Below, one piece after another: positions 30,066-39,819 of a stretch of DNA of 53,815 bases. This DNA comes from Bacteroidales bacterium (GTDB lineage: Bacteria; Bacteroidota; Bacteroidia; Bacteroidales; UBA3824), in contig JAFPYT010000246.1 in the NCBI GenBank assembly GCA_017394445.1, positions 1 to 53,815 on the forward strand, read 5' to 3'. Below the pieces are notes generated by a model. That model was not told where the DNA came from and searched no databases. It saw nothing but the letters and a program-made list of their open reading frames with translations. Each line of letters starts with the position of its first letter. Within the stretch, counting starts at the first letter, position 1. Both the position numbers and the translations under genes were made by a program.

Positions 30066-30959
30066 TTATTTAACGTTGTTTATTGTGATATTATTTCTCA
30101 CAGAGGTAATAGTTTCTTTAATTTTATTAAAATTATTTTCTGTCATCTTGATTTTCATGCCTCCGCCCACTTTGATGGCACCGCTGTTGTTGGTAGAAGA
30201 TGTAGTATTATTCTTTTCAACTTCTAACTGAGCAAAAGCCTCTTTGAGGGGAGCAAGTTCGGCGATGGTAGATTTAATACTTGGGTCGCTCTGCTGCTGC
30301 TCTAAACGGAGCATAAGGTTGTCGAAGATAATTTTTTGGTCGGCAATGCGCTGGATTGTGGGGTTTTCAGCTTCGTATTTGTCTACCGAGTTTACAATAA
30401 TGTAGAGAAATTCGAGCCATCCGCCTGTGGAAATCAGCGACATGGTTTTTGCGCGGTTTTTAGAATCGAGGAAGTTTTGAATATCAAGGTATATATCGCT
30501 CGAAATCTGTTTAAGCGAGTCGCGGTCTTCTTTAACGTTGTCGATGCGGTTGATGAGGCTTTGTGTAAACACGTTTCCAATGCCAATTTCGTCGGATAGT
30601 TGACGTACGATTTTAAACTCTTTGAGCGATTCCTGATATTTGCCAAAAGCGGTGCTGTATGCCATGTCGGCGCTGTATGTACCAAAGTTGATCTCTTTAG
30701 ATCTGTTGTCAACATACTTGTCGATGTTTTCGATTGGGTTTACAAGACCTGGTACAAACTGAAGGTTCTTGTCTTTTGTAAAGGCGAAGAGGTCTTCGGG
30801 AGAGGGTATCAGATAGAAGTTGTTTTCGTTTGTCTGACTTGTTTGGGTCTGTTGCTGTTGTTGTTGATTGTTCTGATTGTTGCTGTCGCCTGCGCACGAC
30901 TGAAACATTAATGCCGAGGCTGCTACGATGGCGCAGATTGGTGTTGCTTTAACTTTCAT
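30066..30959 (-). CDS. hypothetical all-alpha lipoprotein
   Basis: Lipobox FQSC, N/Q linker, IPSPE, NFGTYSADMAY, GGWLEFLYI and RIADQK motifs. Confidence 0.75.
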   Translation of the reverse strand: MKVKATPICAIVAASALMFQSCAGDSNNQNNQQQQQQTQTSQTNENNFYLIPSPEDLFAFTKDKNLQFVPGLVNPIENIDKYVDNRSKEINFGTYSADMAYSTAFGKYQESLKEFKIVRQLSDEIGIGNVFTQSLINRIDNVKEDRDSLKQISSDIYLDIQNFLDSKNRAKTMSLISTGGWLEFLYIIVNSVDKYEAENPTIQRIADQKIIFDNLMLRLEQQQSDPSIKSTIAELAPLKEAFAQLEVEKNNTTSSTNNSGAIKVGGGMKIKMTENNFNKIKETITSVRNNITINNVK

Positions 30960-30983
30960 TTTTTGAATTTTTTGATTTTTTGT

Positions 30984-31433
30984 TTATATATTATTGTTGT
31001 CTTGTCTGTTCCATACAAGTTTTTTGCCGAAACCTAAGCGGTTGTCTGTAAGTTTGTAATAATTTGGCTCTAAAACCACGTATGTGCCCGGTACGGCTAT
31101 TGCGTAGGGGTATTTTTTGAGGTAAGTCTTTTTTGCTTGCGATAAATAATCGTCTTCGGGTATTACCGCTTTGGCGCATATTTGAAGTCCTTGTAACTTG
31201 CCCACTTCTTTGGTTTCTAACACTATCGAGGCGGCTATGTTGCTGTTTTGTGCTATCTCTTTCATATGACGGGTGTTTTCGGCATCGGTCTTTATTATAA
31301 AGGTGTTGCGCTCAGCGTCGTAGGCGTAAAAGCAGTCGCAGCAATATGGCTGACTGTCGGCGCAGGTGGCAAGTACCAATACGTGATGGTTGCCGATAAA
31401 CTCCGTTATTTTATTGTCTAATTTTTCGTCCAT
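30984..31433 (-). CDS. YhbP-like pyridoxamine 5'-phosphate oxidase family (FMN split barrel) protein
   Basis: HHVLVLAT...PYC..CFY, TRH, LQGLQ, KLTDNRLGFGKKLVW. Confidence 0.85.
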   Translation of the reverse strand: MDEKLDNKITEFIGNHHVLVLATCADSQPYCCDCFYAYDAERNTFIIKTDAENTRHMKEIAQNSNIAASIVLETKEVGKLQGLQICAKAVIPEDDYLSQAKKTYLKKYPYAIAVPGTYVVLEPNYYKLTDNRLGFGKKLVWNRQDNNNI

Positions 31434-31447
31434 TTGGTTGCATTAGT

Positions 31448-33451
31448 TTAGTTGTCGGAGCCGAAAGGTATTCCGTTTTCAATCTCCTTAAAGTCGGTGC
31501 TGATAACGGCAAATTCTGAACGACGGTTTAACTGGTGGCAGATTTCCTTATCTTGGTTAGATGTAAGATTGTTGATAAATGCCTCGCTGAGCACGTCGCC
31601 CTCTTTGAGGAAGGGATATTTGTCGGCTATCTTTTTGGTAACTTTTACGGGGTTGCTTTCGCCCATACCTTTTGATGTGAGGCGGGCTGGATTGATGCCT
31701 TTTGAAACAAGGTAGTTAACAACGCTCTTGGCACGCTCGTCGGAGAGTTTGAGGTTGGCCTCATCGTTGCCACGGAAGTCGGTGTTGGCACGCAACTCTA
31801 TGGTAATATTGCTGTTAACGTTTAGCACTTCAACCAATTTGTCGAGACTTACCATCGACTCTTCGCGGAGGTTTGCCTTGTTAAAGTCGTACTCTATGTT
31901 CTCTATCTCAATTACCTGATTAATAGGCGACATAAGTATTTCGATATGGAGCACTGTGTTTTCGGTTAAGCCTTTGGTGGTTTCTTTGCCAACGCCTTTG
32001 AGAAATCCCGGTTTGTTGGTAACGAACATATAATCAAGGTTTTCGGTAAGTTTAAAGTTGAATGTGCCGGTGTTGTTGGTTTTGGATTCCAACTGAGTGC
32101 CATCGCTGGCGGTGAGTTTTACTTCGGCGTCGGTGATTACCACGGTGGTTTCCTCGTTTTTAACCACACCCTCGATGCTTACCTCGATGGGAGGGAGGTA
32201 GAATGCGTAAATATCGTCGCCACGGCTGCCTTCACGGTTGGATGAGAAGTAGCCTTTTTGAAATTTTTTGAAGAATGTGATGCCAAAATCGTCGCCGGCT
32301 GAGTTGATGGGCACTTGCATATTTTCGGTGTGGGTTACGCCGTCTTTGGTGTAATGCTTAAAGATGTCTAAACCACCGAGACCACCGCGTCCATTGCTCG
32401 AAAAATAGAACGATCCGTCGGCTGCCGCAAAGGGATAAAGTTCGTCGTCTTGTGTGTTGATGCTTCCGCCAAGGTTTTGAGGTTCACCCCATTTGTTTTT
32501 GCCTTCGCGTGTGGCTTTCCAAATATCTCTGCCGCCGAGACCGCCCGGAGCGTCGGAGGAGAAGTAGAGTGTGCGTCCGTCGGGACTTAGGCAGGGGTGT
32601 CCTACCGAAACGGCAGTGTCTTGAAACAATTGTACCTCCTCAGGTGCCGACCAAGTGGCGTTTTCCATCAATGTGGCTGTGTAGATACGGCAGCCGAGAT
32701 TTTGGTTTTTGATGTTTTTGCACGATGTAAAATACATTGTCTGTCCATCGGCAGATATGCAGGGACTACCTTCGTCAAAATTGGTGTTTACAGCACCCTC
32801 GGCAGGGATTGGAATACTCCATTTGCCTTTTTTGTCGCGTTTGGAGTAGAAAATATCGGTGTAATACATTCCGCTGTTGGCGTTACGCTCGTTGCCTGTG
32901 GCGCTTTCGCGAGCCGATGTGTAGAAAATTTCGGTTGAGTCGGTTCCGAAAGCGGGAGCAAAGTCGCTCTCTTTGTCGTTGAGCCAACGTGCGGGGTAAA
33001 CAATGTATCTGGTGGGTTTCTTTTCCCATTGGAGGGCTGTTTCGCAATCTTTTACGCCTTGTTCGCCGCGTTTGTCGTCGGGAACGAGGTCGATGTAACT
33101 ACTATAAGTGGCTGAGGCGTCTTCGTAGTTGCCACGCATTTTGAGAGCGTCGGCAAGGTAGAGAGTAGCCAAGGGGTTAGAATATTTTGCTTGGACAGCC
33201 TTTTTGTACCAACGTTCGGCGTTGCGAGGGTCGCTGGTTTTGCGGGCGCATTCGCCAAGGTAGAAACAAATTTTGCCTTTTGTAGGACGGTCTTTGGTTT
33301 TGGGATAAAGTTTCACAAGCATTTCGGAGCATTTGGTGTATTCTCCTGAGTTGAAATAGGTGAGAGCCTTATCCACCTTTTTGTTCTGAGCCATTGCCTG
33401 CGGAATAGCCGCCACAAGAATCAGAGCCACTATTGTAATAATTGATCGCAT
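31448..33451 (-). CDS. PorE-like OmpA family protein (TPR, PD40 repeats, carboxypeptidase-regulatory-like domain, OmpA_C)
   Basis: TPR N-terminus, PD40 repeats (SPDGRTLYFSSDAPGGLGGRDIW), NIEYDFNKA, NLKLSDERAKSV and NRRSEF. Confidence 0.88.
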   Translation of the reverse strand: MRSIITIVALILVAAIPQAMAQNKKVDKALTYFNSGEYTKCSEMLVKLYPKTKDRPTKGKICFYLGECARKTSDPRNAERWYKKAVQAKYSNPLATLYLADALKMRGNYEDASATYSSYIDLVPDDKRGEQGVKDCETALQWEKKPTRYIVYPARWLNDKESDFAPAFGTDSTEIFYTSARESATGNERNANSGMYYTDIFYSKRDKKGKWSIPIPAEGAVNTNFDEGSPCISADGQTMYFTSCKNIKNQNLGCRIYTATLMENATWSAPEEVQLFQDTAVSVGHPCLSPDGRTLYFSSDAPGGLGGRDIWKATREGKNKWGEPQNLGGSINTQDDELYPFAAADGSFYFSSNGRGGLGGLDIFKHYTKDGVTHTENMQVPINSAGDDFGITFFKKFQKGYFSSNREGSRGDDIYAFYLPPIEVSIEGVVKNEETTVVITDAEVKLTASDGTQLESKTNNTGTFNFKLTENLDYMFVTNKPGFLKGVGKETTKGLTENTVLHIEILMSPINQVIEIENIEYDFNKANLREESMVSLDKLVEVLNVNSNITIELRANTDFRGNDEANLKLSDERAKSVVNYLVSKGINPARLTSKGMGESNPVKVTKKIADKYPFLKEGDVLSEAFINNLTSNQDKEICHQLNRRSEFAVISTDFKEIENGIPFGSDN

Positions 33452-33552
33452 CTTGTTTAGAGTTTAGAAAAACGTTTTGTCAATAAATTACAAATTTTGT
33501 TCTTTTTTTTGAGAAAACAAATTTTTTTGATGATTTTTTTGATTTTTATAAA

Positions 33553-33589
33553 AAACGCGCAGACAAAAAACTGATTTGTCTGCGCGTTT
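33553..33589 (-). terminator. intrinsic terminator
   Basis: AAACGCGCAGACAAA-N7-TTTGTCTGCGCGTTT inverted repeat after the 33616 gene. Confidence 0.8.
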
Positions 33590-33615
33590 GGAGATAATTT
33601 ATGTCTAACGATTGT

Positions 33616-34212
33616 TTAAAATCCGTTGCCGTTCCATTTAACTTTTTTGTAATTGCCCGACTTGGGGTCGTAGTATTCGATGTCGCGGCCTTCGCAGGGA
33701 AGTGAAGGATAGCCTTTGCCTACTTGGTCCATCACTTTTTTTGTGATGTCGGCACGGGGCGAAAGACGGTTTTTGGCGGTTTCATATTCGTAAAACATCA
33801 ATACGTTGTGACATTCTGCATCCTCGTCTTCACCGCAGTTGCCACACTCATGGCATTGTGTGATGTAGATGCCCAGAAGTTTGTTGCCGTTGGGAAGATT
33901 CCAAAAACAGGTTTCGAGAATGTTGTCGAACTGCACCTCTTCGAGAATCTTCATATAGCCGTTTTTGGGTTTGTAGTTTACCTGGTAACCATCGATGTTT
34001 TCGGCGGGGGCTTTTTTGTACTTCTTGTAGATGTTGACAAAGTCGCCGGGATTAACATCAGCCCAAGCGGTAAAGAGTTTGTCTAATGTGGTAGACTGGG
34101 CGTTTTTTACAGGGATGGTCATCTCCCAATTGTTTTTAAGGTCTTCGGCATTCTGGGCGAAGACGCTGCCTGTGAGCATTACGGCAATAGCCGAAACTAA
34201 AAGTTTTTTCAT
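33616..34212 (-). CDS. hypothetical secreted protein with Cys-rich acidic loop
   Basis: Signal peptide (VFA-QN), CFWNLPNGNKLLG, CHECGNCGEDEDAECH, ends WNGNGF. Confidence 0.7.
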   Translation of the reverse strand: MKKLLVSAIAVMLTGSVFAQNAEDLKNNWEMTIPVKNAQSTTLDKLFTAWADVNPGDFVNIYKKYKKAPAENIDGYQVNYKPKNGYMKILEEVQFDNILETCFWNLPNGNKLLGIYITQCHECGNCGEDEDAECHNVLMFYEYETAKNRLSPRADITKKVMDQVGKGYPSLPCEGRDIEYYDPKSGNYKKVKWNGNGF

Positions 34213-34347
34213 TTTGGTGTTATTTTATGTGATTTAACTAATAAAAAACGCTGATTTTGGGCGGTTTAGTATGGAGAGGATAGGGAAATATCGTTTGTAG
34301 TTTTATAGTTTATGTAAGGATTTTTTGTGGATTGCAAAAAAAAGTTT

Positions 34348-35220
34348 TTACAAATTTCCCATTATCGCAGGTATCAGCGATGAATCCAAGATTTCAAAAG
34401 CAAAGCATTTTTTGCCTAAGTCTTTGAGAGATGCGCCGATGTGATAAAGGGTAGTGTTGTCGATAATTAGAAAACGGTCGTGCATTGTGGCTGTTTGCTT
34501 AAGGGTTAATGTTGGATATTGGGCGTTGAAAGTTTGAACATCTTGTGCAGTGAGAGGTGTGTTGTTTTTTGTGTAGATTGTAACTTTAACACCAGGTTGC
34601 TTTTTGGTGAGACGTTGTAATATGCTAAGATCCACGTAGTTGTCTATTAAGATAATCTCCTTTGTAGCGGCTTGTAAAAAACTCTCAAATTTGGCGTATG
34701 CGTCGAAGATTTGACCTTGAAAGAATATGCCCTGTGTATCGTCGATTGCGTATTTGTCCATACGTTCAAAAAGTTCGTCGATGCGGTGGTCTGCATTCAA
34801 TTGATGATGCTTGATAGCAACTATTTCGTCAAACAACATCAAATTGTTTTGCAAAAACTTTCGCATTGCTACAAAAGCGTTCATTATCTGTATGCTGACA
34901 TTTACCGCAGTGTTGCTTTTTAATACTGCGCTAAGCATTGCCACGCCTTGCTCCGTGAAAGCATACGGTGGGCGACGCAAACCCATTTTGTCAGAATTGG
35001 AGGTCACAATTTGTGACCTCCAATTTGTAAATTCAGTATTATTCAACTGAAACATAAAGTTTTGCGGAAACCTTTCGATGTTTCTTTTTACGGCTTGGTT
35101 GAGGACTTTTGTCTCCACACCGTATAACTCCGCCAAATCACGATCGAGCATTACTTGCTGTCCCCTGATAACGAGGATTTTGTTTTCTATATTGATGGTT
35201 TGCAACGGGTTGTTTGGCAT
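34348..35220 (-). CDS. ORF6N DNA-binding domain protein with C-terminal PLD-like (HDRF) domain, copy 1
   Basis: IRGQQVMLDRDLAELYGVETK.LNQAVKRN.ERFP..FMFQL and AFTEQGVAMLS (ORF6N). C-terminus has IILIDNY and HDRFLIID...HIGASLKDLGKK. Confidence 0.9.
   Translation of the reverse strand: MPNNPLQTINIENKILVIRGQQVMLDRDLAELYGVETKVLNQAVKRNIERFPQNFMFQLNNTEFTNWRSQIVTSNSDKMGLRRPPYAFTEQGVAMLSAVLKSNTAVNVSIQIMNAFVAMRKFLQNNLMLFDEIVAIKHHQLNADHRIDELFERMDKYAIDDTQGIFFQGQIFDAYAKFESFLQAATKEIILIDNYVDLSILQRLTKKQPGVKVTIYTKNNTPLTAQDVQTFNAQYPTLTLKQTATMHDRFLIIDNTTLYHIGASLKDLGKKCFAFEILDSSLIPAIMGNL
34995..35025. repeat. perfect 31-bp intragenic palindrome
   Basis: AATTGGAGGTCACAA-T-TTGTGACCTCCAATT, 15-bp arms. Confidence 0.95.
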
Positions 35221-35242
35221 TTTTTGATTCGTTTATTTTCGG

Positions 35243-35274
35243 CAAAATTACTGAGTTTTTTTGTGCCTTCCAAA
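35243..35274 (-). promoter_or_regulatory. sigma-A promoter of ORF6N copy 1
   Basis: Minus strand TTTG-N20-TAATTTTG. Confidence 0.7.
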
Positions 35275-35290
35275 AAAATCTCTTCAAAAT

Positions 35291-35322
35291 AAAGGCAGCA
35301 AACCCAACGGTTTGCTGCCTTT
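35291..35322 (-). terminator. intrinsic terminator after the M56-TonB gene
   Basis: AAAGGCAGCAAACC-caac-GGTTTGCTGCCTTT. Confidence 0.8.
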
Positions 35323-35345
35323 GTATTCATATTGTTTATTGTTTA

Positions 35346-36857
35346 TTATTTCTTTGTAGAAAATCTTATCGGCATTGACATCGGAACGTCAACTGGCTTG
35401 TTGTCTTTGATGCCGGGGTTAAAGTGGGGGAGCATTTCAATTACTCTTTTTGCCTCTTGGTCAAGCGATTCGTCACCGGCACTTCTTAATAATGTGATGT
35501 TGGTTACTTTGCCTTGCTTGTTTACCATAAATCTGTAATAGGCTGTGCCTGAGATGCCTTTTGATTTTGCCTCTTCGGGATATTGTATATTTTCGTTAAT
35601 GAAATTGAAGAGGGCTTTGTCGCCACCGGGAAATTGGGGCATTACATCTGGGGTAACGTATACTGAATCTTCATCGTTTTGTGGTGTTGTTACCCTGATT
35701 TTTACGGGATTAGCATTTTGCTCTTTGGATTTTTTGGTGGTGACGATTATTACTCCGTTAGCACCTTTTTCGCCGTATGCGTCTATGGCAGATTGGTCTT
35801 TGAGAACCATTATGCTTTTAACATTAGAAGCGTCAACGTCGTCCATCGTTCCCTCTTTGCCGTCGATTATTACAAGAGGCGATGAGGGTAGGGTAGAAAT
35901 GTCCATTTTTATGTTGTGATCCTTATCAATGGTTGCGGGACCGATAATGATTTGCTCTGAGGGTAACTTTGGTTCTGTGTTTACTACATCGTTAGGATTG
36001 TCGGACGGTTCGCTTTTTTTGGTGGTGATTTCAATTACGCCGTTTTGGGCATCATCGCCGTATTTGTCGGTTGCAGATGTGCCTTTATAAACGCTGATTG
36101 ATTTAATTTTTGACGATTCCACGGCTGAGGTGGTACTTGGTTTGCCATCGACAATTACAATGGGATCTTGCGGCGCAGTTTGGATATTCAAATTTAAATG
36201 GTTATCTTTGCTGCTGGTTACAACGATGGTTTGGGCGTTGCTTTCGGCGAATTTTGCTGTCAACAGTGCCGAAACTGCTATTGGCAATAGTACTTTGATT
36301 ACTGCCAATGGTGACGATTTTTTACTTGACATCATAGTTATACGTTTTTTTAAATTACTGTGATTCAGGCTGCTGGCTACTGAACTCCACTTCCTGCCGG
36401 CGGCCTTTTTTATTAATAATGTTTGATATTGTTTTGCATTGAATCCGGAGGCTATTACCTCGTGGTCGGCTTGATATTCGTGTACGGCACGCAATTCGCG
36501 TTTAAAGAGCCATATTGCAGGGTTGAACCATTGCAGACAGCAAGCCAAATCTATAAAAATCAAGTCGATAGAATGTCGTTGTGTGATGTGTGCCATTTCG
36601 TGAGTTAGCACTTCGCGCGAGTTTTCTTGATAATCGTGCGAGTTCATAAAAATATATCTTAACCAACTCACTGGCGATTTAATGGCTTCTGAGATAATTA
36701 GTTTGACACCTTCTCTTAAATTAATTTTGTGGCTGAATGCTACTTTGCCTATGATAGACAGCGTGGTAACTATGTATTTTAAGAAAAATAATGCTATGCC
36801 AACTGCTAAGATGTACGGAATAATTTCGGTAAAAGATATTTGTTATTCCGTTTCCAT
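35346..36857 (-). pseudogene. BlaR1/M56 peptidase with two plug-like repeats and TonB_C; in-frame TAA at codon 5
   Basis: ATG at 36857 just after blaI reads METE*QISFTEIIPYILAVGIALFF..., in frame with the 36671 ORF. HEMAH zinc motif, HEYQAD, two DGK...YG..G.NGVI.ITTKK repeats and TonB_C (MPQFPGG). Confidence 0.7.
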
Positions 36858-36862
36858 AGCGT

Positions 36863-37231
36863 TTAAGATTGAGCGTTTTGGTTTTCGATTTGCTGCAAAA
36901 GGTCTTTGATTTCGTCAGACGAAAGTTCGCCGTCGTCAACAAGAGCCGACACTGCGTTGGTGTACGAATTGTTGAAATACTCTTTGATAATGTTTTTGAG
37001 CGACTTGCGTCCAAAATCGCTGCGCTGTACTGTGGCGTAATACTGATAGGTGTTGCCATACGCCTTGTGACTTACAAAACCTTTTGACTCTAACATTCTT
37101 ACCATTGTGGAAACGGTGTTGAAATGCGGTTTGGGTTCGGGCATTAGGTCGAGAATGTCTTTTACAAACATTGGTCCTTTGTCCCAAAATAGGTTCATCA
37201 GTTCATCTTCTTTCTTTGTAAGTTTTTCCAT
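36863..37231 (-). CDS. BlaI/MecI/CopY family repressor
   Basis: LTKKEDELMNLFW, PKPHFNTVSTMVRMLESKGFV and YFNNSY..AVSALV. Confidence 0.92.
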   Translation of the reverse strand: MEKLTKKEDELMNLFWDKGPMFVKDILDLMPEPKPHFNTVSTMVRMLESKGFVSHKAYGNTYQYYATVQRSDFGRKSLKNIIKEYFNNSYTNAVSALVDDGELSSDEIKDLLQQIENQNAQS

Positions 37232-37261
37232 CTCTATTCTGTTTTGATTTATTTTACGCTG

Positions 37262-37326
37262 CAAATATAAACATATATTTTTAAATTCAACTACTTTTTA
37301 TAGTTTTTTAACTAAATATTTTAGTT
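37262..37326 (-). promoter_or_regulatory. blaI promoter (-7 TATATTTG at 37262-37269) with two AACTA-N7-TAGTT operator-like palindromes
   Basis: AACTACTTTTTATAGTT (37289-37305) and AACTAAATATTTTAGTT (37310-37326), 21 bp apart start to start. Confidence 0.65.
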
Positions 37327-37364
37327 AGTTTTTTTTAACAACGAATGAAACGAATGGAACGAAG

Positions 37365-37398
37365 AAAAAAAGGCAGCCTAAGATTTTTAGACTGCCTT
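37365..37398 (-). terminator. intrinsic terminator after the beta-helix lipoprotein gene
   Basis: Minus strand AAGGCAGTCTAA-loop-TTAGGCTGCCTT followed by a T run. Confidence 0.75.
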
Positions 37399-37419
37399 AT
37401 TATAAAGTGTGCAAAATGA

Positions 37420-38703
37420 TTAATCCATCTTGATTTTGTCTAAGCCGTCGAGGGTGGCTTCGTCGTCGATAACGCCTTCGATACCGGTGTTGACTATTAC
37501 TTTGGCTGATGAGGCGTCGGAAATGGTGATGTTGTCGCATCTCATATTGTCAACAAAGTTGCCGGCATTTTCTACGCGGACACCGTATTTTGCTTTGATG
37601 CGCGAGATGTTGCAGTTAGAGAATTTAAAGCCTGCGTCGGTAGAGATTAAAAATGCGCAGTCGTCGAAGAAATCTTTGCTGCCTGCGTTTTCAAAGTTGC
37701 AATAAGCAAAAACAGATTCGTCGTTTTGTTCGGTGCGGATTTCTGCGCCGTCCCAAGATCCGGGTTTGTCTTCTGCGCCTGCAAAAACAATTGGGTCGGC
37801 GGCTGTGCCTTGCGCCTTTATAATTGTTTCAGGACCTACGTAGAGTCTTGTGCCACGGTTGAAGGCAAATTTTGCACCCGCCTCGATTGTTGTGGTGGTG
37901 CGGTTGTTGAGTTCCAAACCTTCGTCGCAGAAGTAGGGTATGGATTCTTTGAGGAATGTGTATGATTTGCTGTCTTCGTCGAAACGAAATCTGGTTTTGA
38001 TGTAGTTTTTGCCGTTGTTTTGGTAGGTGTTGTTTTTGCCGCCCAATGTGGTGTTCTCTGTCCAAGTGTCATAAACTACGGGGAACTCTTTGCAGTTTTT
38101 GATGGTGTTGTTTTCAAAAGCGGTGGTTTTGAGTATGTAAATGCCGTTTTGTTCTGCGCCGTCGATAGTGCAGTTTTTAACCGAAGCCGAACCAGCAATT
38201 TTTAGTGCAAAATCGCTTGCACCGCCGTTTTGAAGGGTTACGTATTCAAGAATGTTGTCGGAGCGTTTAGATAGGATTTCCACAAAGCCCCAACTGCCTA
38301 CGTTTTGATTGTTGGTGGGTCCTGTGAGAACGATTGGCTTGTCTTGTGTGCCTTGCATTTTGATGCCTGCGTTTTCGCCAACAAAGATTCTGCCGTCGGT
38401 GCCGGTGAACATAATGGTAACGCCGGGTTCTACTGTAACGAGCGAGTTGCCGTTGAGATAGAGTTCGCCTTCTACGATGTAGTCAACGGGCAGTCCGAGG
38501 TCTTTCCAAGTAACGTTTTTGTCGATAGAGCCTGAGAGCACTACCTGACCGTCGGCGTTTTTAGGAGCGTCGGAAGGGTTTTGTTCGGTAATACCGTTGT
38601 CGTTGGTTTCGGGCGATTGAGCACCCTGATTGTTGTTGCTGCCACCCCCGCACGAAGCAAGGATAAGGGCAGAGGCTGCGATTAAAAATGGTGTCTTTTT
38701 CAT
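37420..38703 (-). CDS. lipoprotein with right-handed parallel beta-helix repeats
   Basis: Lipobox LASC. Two repeats of T(V/I)E.G..(I/F).F...QGT..DPIV..G.....GSW; NCTI/NNTI ladders. Confidence 0.75.
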   Translation of the reverse strand: MKKTPFLIAASALILASCGGGSNNNQGAQSPETNDNGITEQNPSDAPKNADGQVVLSGSIDKNVTWKDLGLPVDYIVEGELYLNGNSLVTVEPGVTIMFTGTDGRIFVGENAGIKMQGTQDKPIVLTGPTNNQNVGSWGFVEILSKRSDNILEYVTLQNGGASDFALKIAGSASVKNCTIDGAEQNGIYILKTTAFENNTIKNCKEFPVVYDTWTENTTLGGKNNTYQNNGKNYIKTRFRFDEDSKSYTFLKESIPYFCDEGLELNNRTTTTIEAGAKFAFNRGTRLYVGPETIIKAQGTAADPIVFAGAEDKPGSWDGAEIRTEQNDESVFAYCNFENAGSKDFFDDCAFLISTDAGFKFSNCNISRIKAKYGVRVENAGNFVDNMRCDNITISDASSAKVIVNTGIEGVIDDEATLDGLDKIKMD

Positions 38704-38890
38704 TGTGATGTGAGTTATTTGTTGTTTATTATTTTCTCCAAATATACAAAAAAACTCAATCCGTATAAAGGAAAAATATTGTAATTTTCTGAAACTTTTA
38801 TTATAACATTCGTAAAAGTTACTTGCATAGCACGGTTTTTGATTAATACTAATAATTTTGTATCAAATGGCAATCTTTACTTAACCTATT

Positions 38891-39819
38891 ATGAAGCACG
38901 GTATTTGTCCATATCCCGGTCTGCGACCGTTTACCGAAGAGGAGAGTATCTTCTTTAAAGGCAGGGATTTGCATATACGTCAGATTGTGCGGCTCTTGGA
39001 AGAAAACAAGATGGCGTTTATCACCGGTGCATCGGGCGATGGAAAATCGTCGATGGTGTATGCCGATGTTGTGCCGTATATTAGGGCAGGATTTTTTAAG
39101 GCGGATTTCAATAGTTGGATTATTACCGACTTTAAGCCGCAGCGCAACCCACTCGCCTCGCTTGCCGAAGCGCTCTCTAATACAGCGGCTATATCAATTC
39201 GGCTGTGCTTTCTAACGACAAGACCAAAATAGTTCCCGCTCTTGATGATGGCGAAGTTTTTATCTATTATGCACAATCGCTTGATAAAAAATCTGTTGCA
39301 AATGCTAATCTAAACAAAAAGATTATATCAATTGCCTCGTCTGGCAATAATGATGAATACTATGTTTTGATGCACACAGGCGAACTTGTTAAATGGAATT
39401 CTGCCAACAATAATACAAAAGAGGTGTTCTCTCGTTCTCGCCATATTGCCTCGTCCTTAACCGCTATTCTTGACAAAAATCTGCTTGTGGTGTGCTATGC
39501 CGACGGTACTATTTTTTATTTTGATATCCAGTTGCTTGCCATCATAGGTTCCGATAAGCGCATAACATTGCTCGACACCAAAGATTTTGCGTCGCAGCCG
39601 TTTTACATCGAAGAAAACAACCTTCGTAGCAGTCGTGTCAACGCTGTTAGGTTCAACCAAAAAGGCATTCTCTTTGCCCTCACCGACAAAAACCAAATAC
39701 TCTATTGGGATTCCGACATCAACCAATACGCCAAATCGTTAGAAACCCTCAACTTGCAGCCGCTAACAGCAAATGAAAAGAGTTTGGTATTAGGACGAGA
39801 GTTTGCAGGGGGGTGGTGA
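38891..39819 (+). pseudogene. STAND NTPase (nSTAND1-like) / WD40 protein remnant with large internal deletion
   Basis: N-terminal CPYPGLRPF..EES.FF.GR and Walker A GASGDGKSS end after about 96 aa. This abuts, out of frame near 39178, a WD40-like C-terminal fragment. Confidence 0.75.

Noticed and set aside
29511-30867. Identical 18-mer TGTTGCTGTTGTTGTTGA in two adjacent genes
   Set aside because: Both encode poly-Q tracts, so low-complexity coincidence is likely.
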